Source of the DNA: Octopus vulgaris
Taxonomy: Eukaryota
Assembly (NCBI GenBank): GCA_951406725.2
Contig: OX597835.1
Coordinates: 47,244,001-47,308,000, forward strand
Direction: 5' to 3'
DNA: 64,000 bases
Part shown: positions 38,856 to 52,472 of the stretch, piece by piece
How the letters are laid out: each line of letters starts with the position of its first letter
How positions within the stretch are numbered: the first letter of the stretch is position 1
Made by a program: the position numbers and the translations under genes
Notes under the pieces: generated by a model
Database searches by the model: none
What the model was told of the DNA's origin: nothing
The model's input: only the letters and a program-made list of their open reading frames with translations

Positions 38856-40610
38856 CTGGCTTTCGTTGACATGGAGAAAGCCTTTGATAGGGTCCCCCGA
38901 TCCCTTATTTGGTGGTCAATGAGGAAACTAGGGATAGATGAATGGCTGGTGAGGGCTGTGCAAGCCATGTACAGAGATGCCATAAGTATGGTTAGGGTTG
39001 GCAACATGTACACAGAAGAATTCAAAGTAGAGGTTGGGGTCCACCAGGGTTCAGTACTCAGCCCCCTCCTATTTATCATAGTCCTCCAGGCAATTACGGA
39101 GGAATTCAAGACAGGTTGCCCCTAGGAGCTCCTCTATGCTGACGACCTTGCTCTAATTGCTGAGTCACTATCAGAACTGGAGGAGAAGTTCCAGGTGTGG
39201 AAGGAGGGTTTAGAATCGAGGGGCCTTAGAGTCAACCTAGCTAAAACCAAAGTACTAATAAGTAGGAAGGTAGACAATCCACAAATGTCTTCAGGAAGAT
39301 GGCCCTGCTCGATCTGTAGAAAAGGTGTAGGTAGAAACTCTATAAGATGTATCCAGTGTAAGCTATGGACACATAAGAGGTGCAGCAATGTCAAAGGTAG
39401 GCTAACTGGGAAGATAGTTTTTGTATGTGGCAGATGCTCGGGAGCATTAACCTCCGAAAATCTGCAGAAAACAATTTCCGTCACTTTCCAGGGGGAAAAA
39501 CTAGAAGTAGTTGATAGCTTCCGTTATCTAGGTGACCAAGTCAGTTGTAGGGGTGGGTGCGCTGAAAGTGTAACTGCTAGAATAAGAATAGCCTGGGCAA
39601 AGTTTAGGGAGCTCTTACCTCTGCTAGTGACTAAAGGCCTCTCGCTCAGAGTAAAAGGCAGACTGTATGATGCATGTATACGAACAGCCAAGCTACATGG
39701 CAGTGAAACATGGGCCGTGACTGCTGAGGACATGCGTAAGCTCGCGAAGAATGAAGCCAGTATGCTCCGATGGATGTGTAATGTCAGTGTACATACTCGA
39801 CAGAGCGTTAGTACCTTGAGAGAAATATTGTACCTAAGAAGCATCAGTTGTGGTGTGCAAGAAAGACGATTGCGCTGGTATGGTCATGTGATGAGAATGG
39901 ATGAAGATAGGTGTGTGAGAAAGTGCCAATACCTAGCAGTTGAGGGAACCCGTGGAAGAAGTAGACCCAGGAAAACCTGGGACAAGGTGGTGAAGCACGA
40001 CCTTCGAAGTTTGGGCCTCACTGAAGAAATGACCAGCGACCGAGACCTTTGGAAATATGCTGTACGTGAGAAGACCAGGCAGGACAAGTGAGCCCAGCCC
40101 ACTTATGCATGCCTTTCCTCCCTTGGACACAAAGACCTGTTGAGGCAAGCGAAGTCGATATAGAACCTCATCCGACGACAGGCACCCATGCCAACCCCCT
40201 TTGCTTGCGAAGACAAGTTGGGGCAAGTGAAATCGAAATCGAAATTGAACCAATCCTATGACTGGCACCCGGCAGATGCCAGGACCCCTGGACTCGTACT
40301 ACGTAAAAAGCACTATCCGACTCGTGGCCGATGCCAGCGCCGCCTCGACTGGGGACAAACAAGGACAACCAATTGCACCAATCCGACCGTGGCCGTTGCC
40401 AGCCTCGCCTGGCACCTGTGCGGGTGGCACGTAAAAAGCAACCACTACACTCACGGAGTGGTTGGCGTTAGGAAGGGCATCCAGCTGTAGAAACATTGCC
40501 AGATAAGACTGGAGCCTGGTGCAGCCTTCTGGCTTCCCAGATCCCCGGTCGAACCGTTCAACCCATGCTAGCATGGAGAACGGACGTTAAGCGATGATGA
40601 TGATGATGAT
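38856..40610 (+). mobile_element. 5'-truncated RTE-clade LINE (RT domain, C-terminus, 3'UTR, (GAT)n tail)
   Basis: AFVDMEKAFDRVP, GVHQGSVLSPLLF, LYADDL, FRYLG, RLRWYGHV, RPRKTW. One premature stop (TAG 39123-39125). ORF ends 40091, followed by a ~500 nt 3'UTR ending in gatgatgat. Confidence 0.93.
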
Positions 40611-40613
40611 ATA

Positions 40614-40645
<32 letters not shown>

Positions 40646-41813
40646 ACTTATAAACAAGGGCAAAAGAAAAAATATTTCTATGGCAATATGCTGAGAACAG
40701 ACTTTAAATCGTCAATTTCCACATTTCATTATACACTCACTATAAATACACGGCGTGCTGAAATCGAGGAAAGCTAGCCAACAGAATTTAAAAAAAAAAA
40801 GTTCGTTATTTCTATTTGTATTTATAGTGAATGTATAATGAAATGTGGAAATTGACGATTTAAAGCCTGTTCTCGAGATATTGGCATAGAAATAATTTTT
40901 CTTTTACCCTTGTTTATAAGTTGTTTTTAATTTTAACCTTTAAAGGTATTTTAATATGCTGCCACTTTTTCTGAAAAATGTTATATATATATATATATAT
41001 ATATATAACTCAACTTGTGTATCTGTGTATGTGTTTGTGAGTTTAACTTTCCGGCACATCTCCTAGCCAACAAATCGTAGAACCACCAAAAATGGGTCAC
41101 TTAAAGTTTAGGCAAATGAAAATTGAACTGCGCTATTTCTGTTCCAAAATTCATCTCACAAGTGCAAAAATCGATAATGTGTTTGTTTAGGCCTTATCCC
41201 ATGCATTGAATAGTGAACTTTACTCATTCAGCTGTTTGACGTGAACTGCGTTCACCACGCGTACAAGCATGCGTAAATTGCATGAAAAATAAAGAATCAA
41301 GATATAAAAACGAATCGCCGTAAACATTGTAGAAATTCGGCAAAGAAATAAATTTTCGGGATGTAGCCTGGAGGGCTTTTTCGTATTAATCGTTTGGACT
41401 TTGTGAATACGTACCAATTGTTTTCATAACATTTTTAACCCTTTGAATTGAATGTGACCATTTTGCGTTGAGTCTGCAGTTTGAATCACTTTAACCAAAT
41501 TTTAGCAGGCCGGATTTTTGATCATCACGATACATCGCCAGCGACTCCCTGAAACTCTCCCCTGAAATCCCCGTTGAGAAATAATGATCTAAAAGAATAA
41601 TTCAACAATGCAATTATTTGATCAACAAAAATTTAAGAAACGCTTCTACGTACTTCCTATCGAGGAAATGGAACTCATAAGCGCAAAAATAGAGAGCATT
41701 AAATGCTTGATTTTAAAACCAAAATAATTGAATTTTGATTGAACTTCATCCAAGTTTAGCTTAATTCGCGCGTGCATAGAACGCACGAGCGCATGAGCCG
41801 GGTAATACTGCTA

Positions 41814-41880
<67 letters not shown>

Positions 41881-41886
<6 letters not shown>

Positions 41887-42889
41887 TCTAGTTGTGTGAG
41901 TGTCTGTCCCCTTCGATTTAGATTCCTAACTCCTCCCACATTTTGCGGTGCAGTTTAACCAAATTCGGGTATCTTATAGTCGTGATTCATATCGAGCCCG
42001 TCTGACTATTAGCGCGCGTCTACGATGAGTCTACGATTTTAAAAATAATTTAACATCATTTTTTATTCCATTTTAATGCATAAAATGCATCGTGTGTCGA
42101 TGGCGGCGGAGTTGGCGTCCACGCTCACAGCTGCACCTGTTTGCTTCTCCCCCTTCCCTCCCTCGTGAAGCTGTGGGGAAGGGAGTGTAAAGAAATCAAC
42201 GTCGTAATGCGTTGTGAAGGAAACCAGCGTTCTTTTAGAACAACGATTTCATGGCTTGAAGACACCAAAACAAAAATGGCTAAGAAAGCCCGAATTTATA
42301 AGGGAAGTAACTCTCTAAAAATGCTTATATAGTTATTTCCCTTACAAACCCGAGCAACGCCGGGCGATACTGCTAGTATATATATAAAACTGTAGTTGTG
42401 TGAGTGTCTGTCCCCTTCGATTTAGATTCCTAACTACTCCCACATTTTGCGGTGCAGTTTAACCAAATTCGGGTATCTTATAGTCGTGATTCATATCGAG
42501 CCCGTCTGAGTATTAGCGAGCGTCTACGATGAGTCTACGATTTTTAAAATAATTTAACATCATTTTTTATTCCATTTTAATGCATAATTTTTCGTGAGTC
42601 GATGGCGGCGGAGTTGGCGTCCACGCTCAAACACCTGCACCTGTTTGCTTCTCCCCCTTCTTCCATCCCTCGTGAAGCTGTGGGGAAGGGAGTGTAAGGA
42701 AATCAACGTCGTAAAGCGTTGTCAAGGAGACCAGCGTTCTTTTACAACAACGACTTCATGGCTTGAAGACACCAAAACAGAAATGGCTAAGAAAGCCCGA
42801 ATTGGCATCTATAAGGGAAGTAACTCTCAAAAAATGCTTATATAGTTATTTCCCTTACAAACCCGAGCAACGCCGGGCGATACTGCTAG
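41881..42889 (+). mobile_element. two tandem non-autonomous Helitron-like elements (~500 bp each)
   Basis: Each starts tataaaac..gtctgt and ends with hairpin cccgagcaacgccggg plus CTAG (42376, 42889). A related element at ~41005-41814 also ends in CTAG. Confidence 0.75.
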
Positions 42890-43304
42890 TATATATATAT
42901 ATATATATATATATCAGAGGCGACTGCAGGTCATCTGTGTCACTCGGTCTCATCACAGGTTTTGCATAAGACACATATATAGAAGAAGGCAAGAGATGAA
43001 ATGCACATCGCAGACTTGCATATACAAGGATAATTTGACAGTAAGCAAGTTTGCTGCTTCTAACGAAAGAACGCCTCACTTTTTCCGCAATATTTCTTGC
43101 CCCAAATGGCTTATTTTTTCTATCTAGCACTGTGTCTTTCTCTATTTCTAAGTTGAGGGTAAAAATAAGGCAACCCTGCAAAACACAACTGATCTGTACA
43201 CACAGAATCACAGAATAACGACAATGGAGTGTACAACAAATATCACTTTACTAAATTTATACTCGGGCTAAGCCCAAACAGCCCGTGGACCTGACTCACC
43301 ACTC

Positions 43305-43492
43305 ATATATATCCGCGACTATCGCGGGTGTTACGTTCTAAAACTTCCCACAGAAATAATCAAAATCTGAAAAAATATAAATACCTATCGGCCGCAGACA
43401 CCCGCGATATAAATTTACATATATTAGCCAAAAAAATCCGCGATGTACTGAGTGCGCGATAGGTGAACCGCGATATGGCGAGGGATTACGGT

Positions 43493-43493
<1 letters not shown>
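43305..43493. mobile_element. pogo/Tigger-like transposon end
   Basis: Repeated ccgcga motifs and terminal ccgcgatatggcgagggattacgg|ta. Confidence 0.45.
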
Positions 43494-43563
<70 letters not shown>

Positions 43564-43942
43564 TGTTTCTTTATTAGCCACACAGGGCTGCACACAGATA
43601 GAACAAATTACAAGGTAGAGCTTTTCTTTTGAAGGTTAAAAAAAAAAAAAAGGAAGGGGGAGTTTCGATCAAAAGGGATCGTAAAAGGAGAGAAAGAGGA
43701 CAAAAAAAAGGGGGTTAAAAAAAAGGGGGAGAGGAAAAAAAAATTGATCAATAGGGATCGTTATCACAGAAATGTCAATATGAAGTGTAAAGGGGAGGAC
43801 AGGTGAGGTTTACCCGTGGAAAGAAAAGCCTACGGAAAAGACCACGGTAACCTCGGTCAATGGAGTCACATGTTATATTTCTTTTTTTTTTATAGATAGA
43901 TAGATGGATGGATGGATGGATGGATAGATAGATAGATAGATG

Positions 43943-43997
<55 letters not shown>

Positions 43998-46900
43998 GTG
44001 AGAGGACTTATGAATGCTGCATGTGTGTATGCATATGTTCTGTGCAGATGTTTGTACCTAATTGGTGACTATGCCTCTGTGTGTGTGTGTGTGTGTGTGT
44101 GCAAGTGTGCCTGTAATTTATTTATTTATTTGTTTGTTATTGCCATCGTTTGTAGACGTGTGTTTGTGTATATAACAACATAAATAAAGAGATCAACCCA
44201 CATTAGTGAAGTAAAAATATACAACAACAACAACGACAACAAAACCAAGGCAAGCCACAGCTGGTGATCTGAGATAAGGAGGACGATGACGGCGTCGGTA
44301 GCAGCGCGGCGATGGCGATAATATTATATTATCATCATTATTATCAGGAAATATTAATAATGTTGAAATACCTATCCTCTTCTGCTAGTTTCATGTTGCA
44401 TTTTCGAGCTCTATTCAAGGCGGCGAATTAGTCGAGTCGTTAGAGCGTTGGAGAGAATACTTTGCTGCGTTTGTTTCAACTCTGGGTTCAAATCACTGCA
44501 ACGTCGGCTAAACATTTTTGTGTGTGTGTGTGTGTCGATTAAAAGAAGATTAAAAGAAGACCAACCCAGGATGGTGAATCAGCGGAACTGTTAGAGGGTT
44601 GGGAATGGTGCCTACACCGTCTACCTCGGTTCTTTGCGTTCTGAGCTCAAACCACGCCGAGGTCAACTTTGCCTTTCATCAAATCAAGATCGATAAAAAA
44701 AATAAAAAGGAAGATAATCCAGAACTATTAGAGGCTCAAACGAGAGGTTCCAGCACTTTGCATCCTGACAGCAATGTCTGCGATGGAGTTGGCTTTTAAC
44801 ACAACGCAGGCAATTTCCCACGAGAGTTCCGGACCCCAGTTATGAATCAGTCTGCATGCAATCAATCAGAGCTTAACTATCAAACTAATTTATGAGCGCA
44901 TAACAAGAGATGGCCAATAAGATAAGGTCCCTTGGGTAAGGAATGACCCTGCTTCTTTTCTCTTTCAATAATGCTTGTTGTTCTTGTTCTTGTTTCAACC
45001 GTGGCTGCCTCTGCGTAGTTATTTGTGTTGTTTACTTTGTAATACAAGTAAGGAGAGGGGGTTGCTAACACATCACCCTCTACCCACATTTTCCCCATCC
45101 GCATCATTACCCTATGGGGCCTGTAACAAAATCCGATAACAGATATAGATGCAAATCTAATTACTTGTATCCTTCTAAAATCAAGCGTAACTTGGCGATC
45201 GGTCCACTTACAACGCCGTTCTTCGTCTTCAGTTTACTTGGTGGAGTGTGTTTGTTAACTCGACAACAAGACCAAGGTGAGCTCTGATTGGCTGTATTCA
45301 AATGAGTTCATTGCTGAGGTCCGAAACTCTCGTGGGAAAAAAATTTCGCGTCCGGCGCAGTAACGATTCTACCAGCTCGCCGCCTTAATGTCTGCGATGC
45401 TATCGGTGTCGAGCTGTAACCCGCCCAAGTCAGTGGCCTTTCTCTAGGATAAACATCGGTGACCTGAAGAGGATTGCATGCACTGATAACTGTTGGACTT
45501 CCTCCCAAAACCCTTTCCTGGAATACATATACATGTGTAGAGGCATGACTAATACTGCCCGACGGAGGCCCTACATATAGTGTCGTACTGGGGTCTCCGT
45601 TTCATTCTTTAATGCATTCCGTGATCTTGGAATATTTTTGGATAATAATAATTCGTATTTGCTCAGAACCTCAAAACATTTTTTTTCTTTTTCCTCTCTT
45701 ATGTTTCAGCTTTGGTGTGGCCAATAATAAAATTTTGGAATCAAGCTGGAGCACCGCTCGTTGCTGATTTAACTTCTTACTTCCCAGGGGCTGGAGAAAT
45801 AATCAATATTTTCCCCCGGAGTGAGGTGGGGGGAGGGTCTATGTAGTAATCCCGCGTCGGAGCAGGAGATCCATATTGAGACTATATAAATATATGACTG
45901 TAGGGCAGCGAGCTGGCAGAAACGTCAGCGCACCGGGCGAAATGCTGACCGGTATTTCATCTGCCGTTACGTTGTGAGTTCAAATTCCGCCGAGGTCGAC
46001 TTTGCCTTTCATCCTTTCGGGCGTCGATTAAATAAGTACCAGTTACGCACTGGGATCGATATAATCGACTTAATCCCTTTGTCTGTCCTTGTTTGTCCTC
46101 TCTATGTTTAGGACTCATTATATTGAATGTTATCGATAATATCGAGTGGAAATAGGGGGAGCTGCAGTTCTGCAGTTCTTATTCACGAGCCGTCACTAGG
46201 CTCAGTGCACTGATTTGCTCGGTGAGAGCGTCTAACGCTGCTAAGATGGCCCTGGTTGACAGGCGAGAATAGATTGTTGCCATTAGCATCCTTCTTGGGT
46301 ATTTGTAAGTCAAAACTACCTCTAATTCATGTATCAGAGACTGCATTATCTAATGAACCCCTTCTGTAATTTAAGTCAACAACTACGGAAAGAAATTCCT
46401 GGAGGATAACGTTCTGGGGAGGAAGGATTCGGTGTAATGATCAGTGTGCGGCATGGTGGGATTGGAGAGGTGAATCGGATGTGAATGCATTCACATTTCG
46501 CCCTATTCGTTCGGCCCTGTTTGAAACTGTTTCATTCTTCACTGCTCCTCGGAGTGCCTGGGTGAGAGTGAGACGAGCTAAACCAATCCACCCAGGCACC
46601 CTACGGAGCCGAGATCATTGTTGACTTAGGATTCAGGTTTCTAATGAGCCCTTGGACGCATAAGGCTGGAGCTGAACCTAGTTTCCATGGCCTATATGTG
46701 ACTGAGACTACAACACTCACACTCCCTGGATGGTTAACTTGCCGGCTATGACCGGAATTCATTTAAAAGCTTAAGGAACTGGAGCAACATGAAAAGTGTT
46801 TTGCTCAAGAACACAGTGCACGGCCTGGAAATCGAAACCACGATCTTGTGACCGTGAATGCAACACCTTAACCACTGGGCCATGCACCCTCACAATGCCT

Positions 46901-47401
46901 CTGTGGACCAGACAACTGGGGCGTATCAGGGATGGACCTAACGACAGTTGGTTTTGCGGCCCCTTTTCTGGCTGCGCTCGACACTATGTGTGTGTTTGTG
47001 CTTACAGGTGTCTGAGTGAGTGCTTACAGGTGTGTGCCTGTGTGCTTACAAGTGTGTGTGTGTGTGCGCGTGTGAGTAGCTCTCTCTGTGACTGTCGGTT
47101 TCTCTCTCTCTCTCTTTTTTTTTCTCCCTTTGTCTGACTGTCTCTCACTCTCTCACTCTCTCTCCCCCGCTCACTTTTTCCGTCTCCCTAGCTCTTCGTT
47201 TTTCTGCCTCTCTTTAACTTGCTCAGTCTCTCCATTCCCTCTCTCCCTCCCTCCCTTTCTTTCCCTCTCTCTCTCTCTCTCTCTCTCTCCGTCGCACCGT
47301 GGCTCTCACCAGCTCTCTCTTTTCCTCTCCCTCCCTCCCTCCCTCCCCTTCTCTCTCTCTGTCGCTCTTTTTCTGTTTGCTTCTCACTGTCTCTTTATGT
47401 G

Positions 47402-47445
<44 letters not shown>

Positions 47446-47514
47446 CACAGGCATATACATTAATGAGTAAATGTGCGTGAACGTACGTGTAATTAAGATC
47501 GAAACACAGAAAGA

Positions 47515-47576
<62 letters not shown>

Positions 47577-47693
47577 AAGGAGTTGGAGGTGGAGGTGGGA
47601 GTTGGAGGAGGAGGTGAATGGAGAAGGACATTTTAAGCAACTCTACTTGCTTATTGTTCTCTTACTGAAATGTAATCAGCCTACTTACACACG

Positions 47694-47816
<123 letters not shown>

Positions 47817-47939
47817 CACTCCCCGACATCAAGGACGAGATTCGACGAGATAATTTTTTTTGTTTTATAGTTATTTATTTAATTATAGATTTGCTGGGTT
47901 TGTGTAAATTTTTTTTAACCACTTCGCGGAGAAATTGTC

Positions 47940-48015
47940 TTCGCGTTTCGCATTTTTTTTCTTCTTTTTACTGCTCCTTGTTTTCCACCGAAACACCATG
48001 GACAAAGTCTTTTAG

Positions 48016-48066
<51 letters not shown>

Positions 48067-48122
48067 AAAGTAGAAATACAAGACAAGAATAATCATAACT
48101 TCAGAAAACTTCAGCTTTCCAG
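47940..48122 (+). other. candidate non-coding first exon of the SPFH-like gene
   Basis: Consensus donor CAG|gtaagt at 48122/48123 downstream of GA/CA repeats. The 5' limit is a guess. Confidence 0.4.
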
Positions 48123-48182
48123 GTAAGTTCATAATCTAGTCTCTGCGCTTAGATGCAAAGTTCCGTCGAACCAGTATAAATT

Positions 48183-48840
48183 CACACACACACACACACA
48201 TACATTCATACTTACATACATACACACACAAACATACATACACTCACACATACATAACACAAACATACAAACATATATACATACCTACACACACACACAT
48301 ACATACATACATGCACACACATGCATACATTCATACAAACATACAAACATACATACATGCACAGATACTCTCAAACATGGAAATATACACACATACAAAC
48401 ATACACACACACATACAAACATATATGCATACAGACATACATAATACATACAAACATATATATATATATACATACATACATACATACACACATACATACA
48501 TACATACATACAAACATATATATACATGCATACATACACACACACACACATACATACATACATACAAACATATATATACATGCATACATACACACACACA
48601 CACACATACATACATACATACATACATACATACATACATACATACATACATACATACATACATGCAGACATACATACAAACATATATATATATACATACA
48701 TACATACATACATAAACATACATATACATACATACATAAACACACACATACATACATACATAAATACATACATACACACATACATACATTCATACATACA
48801 TAAACATACATTCATACATACATAAACATACATACATACA

Positions 48841-48872
<32 letters not shown>

Positions 48873-49038
48873 CATACATACATACATTCATAATCTCTGT
48901 GCGAGTATAATTACAGATCTAACATCTTAATATTTTTATTTAGCGTTTTTTTCTGCGAATAGAACGGTTAATGGCACCATCATAACACCTTATATTTGGG
49001 GAATTCCACACTGCCTGAGCGGAATTCTTGGCTACGCC

Positions 49039-49117
<79 letters not shown>

Positions 49118-49400
49118 GTAAGCAAACAAACAAACAAGCATGCACATAGGCACACACCGCTCATATTCATATATTTGCACGCACGCACACACACACATAC
49201 ACATACACACACATACACATACACACACACATACACACACTCACTCTCACAAACATATATGCACACTACGTACACAAACATGTATGTGCACATACACATA
49301 CACACACACACACGCACTCACAAATACATATATATGGTAACACACGCACGCACAACTACATACATGCGCACACACTCCCACATACCTATGCATACCACGC
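48183..49400. repeat. (CATA)n/(CA)n compound microsatellite (representative of many TA, CA, GA, GATA, TAA and CAT tracts)
   Basis: Direct inspection. Confidence 0.95.
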
Positions 49401-49590
49401 CCACATTTACGGATGCTTTATAAATTAACGAAAGCGATGTTGTTGTTGTTGTGGTTGCTGTTTTTTTAACCCTAGGTCAGTTCTGAAACGAGCAAATATT
49501 ATACTAGTTTTTCAACCGTGACCAACCCATTTTTTCTCTCACATATATAAAGGACCTCATTGTCAAAACGTGTCTTTTCTTTATATGAAA

Positions 49591-49990
49591 CTAGCAGTAT
49601 CTCCCGGCGTTGCTCGGGTTTGTAAGGGAAATAACTATATAAGCATTTTTAGAGAGTTATAGCCAAAAAATACCAAAAAAAATGCATTAAAAATGGAAAA
49701 AAGATTATGGTAAATTTTTTTTAAATCGTTGACTCATCTTAGACAGTTTTAGAGAGTTACTTCCCTTATATAATAGCGAAAAAATGCATTAAAATGGAAA
49801 AAAATTATGGTAAATTTTTTTTTTAATCTTAGACTCATCGTAGACGCGCGCTAATACCCAGAAGGGCTCGATATGAATCACGACTATAAGATACCCGGTT
49901 TTGGTTAAACTGCACCGCAAAATGTGGGAGTAGTTAGGAATCTAAATCGTAGGAGACAGACACACAACTTCACTTTTATATATAAAGATA
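49591..49990 (-). mobile_element. Helitron-like element, same family as 41881-42889
   Basis: Reverse complement of that family, with CTAG end at 49591-49594 and an internal duplication. Confidence 0.75.
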
Positions 49991-51009
49991 TAAGATGTGA
50001 TTTGAGGGAAATTTAGCTGCTATTTCTAGCTAACGGATCAACGAAGTTACCGTTGTTGTTGTTGCTGCAGGTGGTCGTTTTGACGGTGATGGTGGTGTTG
50101 ATGGCGGGGGTTGCTGATGGTAGTCGTGGTAGTGGTGGTGGCGGTGGTGATGCTGCAGATGATGGTGTTGTTATTGTTGCTACTACTACAGTTGTCATTT
50201 AATCTCAGGGCATCCCTTATCCTGATTAAAAGTGTTCCAACCGTAACCATCACTATTATTTGTGTATCCACGACAACACTGTTATGTCTAGAAAATCAAG
50301 CAGAACTATGACCAAATATGATCCAGTCGTGGCCATCCCGTCTTTCATCAGTATATAGAACTACCTTGTTAAATGTCCTTTCTTTCGAGCACCTAGGAGT
50401 GGTTTGAGGGAGATTTCTAGAGGAATCTGGTGACCACGGATTGACCTCAAGTCAGGCCGTGACATGACCTATTTGGGCGATAGACTGTATCCGTCACCCG
50501 GGTTAACCCAACCATTTGCACATTTCGGTGCCTTTGGCGGAGCCCACTCTCTCTATTGCAAGGATTAGAGTTAGGTCTTTGATTTGAAGATACCTCTCTA
50601 CTTCTCGCCCACCTTTTTCAAGGACCCTGTAAAGGAGCATGGGCACTGCCTTGTCCCCTGGATATTACTGGCTCCAGTCTTCAGTTACCCGGCTCCATGG
50701 AACTTTAATTCCTTCCTAAATAAAAGATTTTTTAGAAAATGAAGTAAATATTTATAATGTGTCCGTCGTTGTCTTCATATCTCAAAAGTATGTCGCCATC
50801 CTTAAAACGTTGGGAAGCACTTATCCAAAAGAATTATATTATTGAACGTGTGCCCTTCCTTCTGTTTCCAAGATGGTAAGGTGTGGTTTGCAGGGGAGGG
50901 GTGATTTGGCTGCTATTTCTTGCAAGTTGGGCAACCGTGTAGGATCTCTGTCCTTAATTTATGCGTGTGAATGTACACACACACATATGCATGCATGTAT
51001 CTATTTACA

Positions 51010-51048
<39 letters not shown>

Positions 51049-51230
51049 GGAATATTATTCCAAACTTACAGGGAAAAATTCAATTTAGAAATACTAAATC
51101 ATATTTCACAAAATATAATATATATATATGGTGTCCTGTACTCACGTATATATATTTATATATGCATATATATATACATGTAGATGTAGGTACGTACATA
51201 TATGTATGTATGCATATATTTTATTTATTA

Positions 51231-51279
<49 letters not shown>

Positions 51280-51899
51280 GGAGAGATAGATAGATAGATT
51301 AGAAAAAACCACCTTTTATCAATTCAATAATGAAAAAATTAAATTATACCACTTATAAAAATTTCATCTTATAGAAAGATTAAATATAAAATAAAACATA
51401 TAACGATGATTAAGTAATGTGCAAAATAGTAAATAAAACGTATATATTTATTATTTTGAAGCGGTTTGCTTCAGACCACAACGCTTCACCCGGTCCGCGA
51501 ATCGAAACCACGACTCTCTAACCACTGTGCCACGCACTTTAATTCCGTCCCTCCTAAATAAAAGATTTTTTTAAAAATTAAGTAAATATTTATAATGTGT
51601 CCGTCGTTGTTTTCGTATTATTTATTATTTTGCAAATTACTTAACCATCGTTATATGTTTTATCTTATATTTAATCTTTCTATAATATGTAATTTTTCTA
51701 AGTGGTATAATTAAATTTGTCATTATTGAATTGATAAAAGGTGGAGTTTTTTCTAATTTATAATAGTTCACACGTGTGCTGAGGCTAGTTAAAGGATTTT
51801 ATATTTAGATATAACTGGGGTACTTATGTGTATTTATGACTCATTGTTCCGCCTTTTTCCATGGGTGCATGTAAGTATTTCATTTACTTCTTATCCTAT

Positions 51900-51958
51900 T
51901 TTCTACTGATGAGGGTAAAATCCATAGGATTAATCCCGAAATTGGTTCAATATAGAAA
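51900..51958 (+). ncRNA. type I hammerhead ribozyme motif, canonical core
   Basis: tttcta-CTGATGA-GGG..aatcc ata ggatt..CCC-GAA-ATTG gtt CAAT-A-tagaaa. Predicted cut between 51952 and 51953. Confidence 0.82.
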
Positions 51959-52472
51959 TAACGAACATTTTTTTTTTAAATTCTGTTGGCTAGCTTTCCT
52001 CGATTTCAGCACGCCGTGTATTTATAGTGAGTGTATAATGAAATGTGGAAATTCACGATTTAAAGTCTGTTCTCAGCATATTGCCATAGAAATAATTTTT
52101 GTTTTGCCCTTGTTTATAAGTTGTTTATAATTTTAACCTTTAAAGGTATTTTATTATGCTGCCACTTGTTGATGAAATTTTTTTCTAAAAAAAATATATA
52201 TTGATGTATATAAAGGCGGTGAGCTAGCAGGAACGTTAGCACGCCGGATAAAATGCTTAGCGGTATTTCGCTCGTCGCTACGTTCTGAGTTCAAATTCCG
52301 CTGAAGTCCACTTTGCCTCTCATCCTTTCGGGGTCGGTAAATTAAGTACCAGTTGCGTACTGAGGTCGATGTAATCGACTGCCCCACCTCCTAAAAAATT
52401 AAGTAGAAATGTATGTATATGAAATTGAGGTTACTAAATATGTTTGTGACATATTTCAATTGTTTATATCTA

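Noticed and set aside
48285-49423. YI/HT/CV-repeat ORFs here and throughout the window
   Set aside because: Microsatellite translations.
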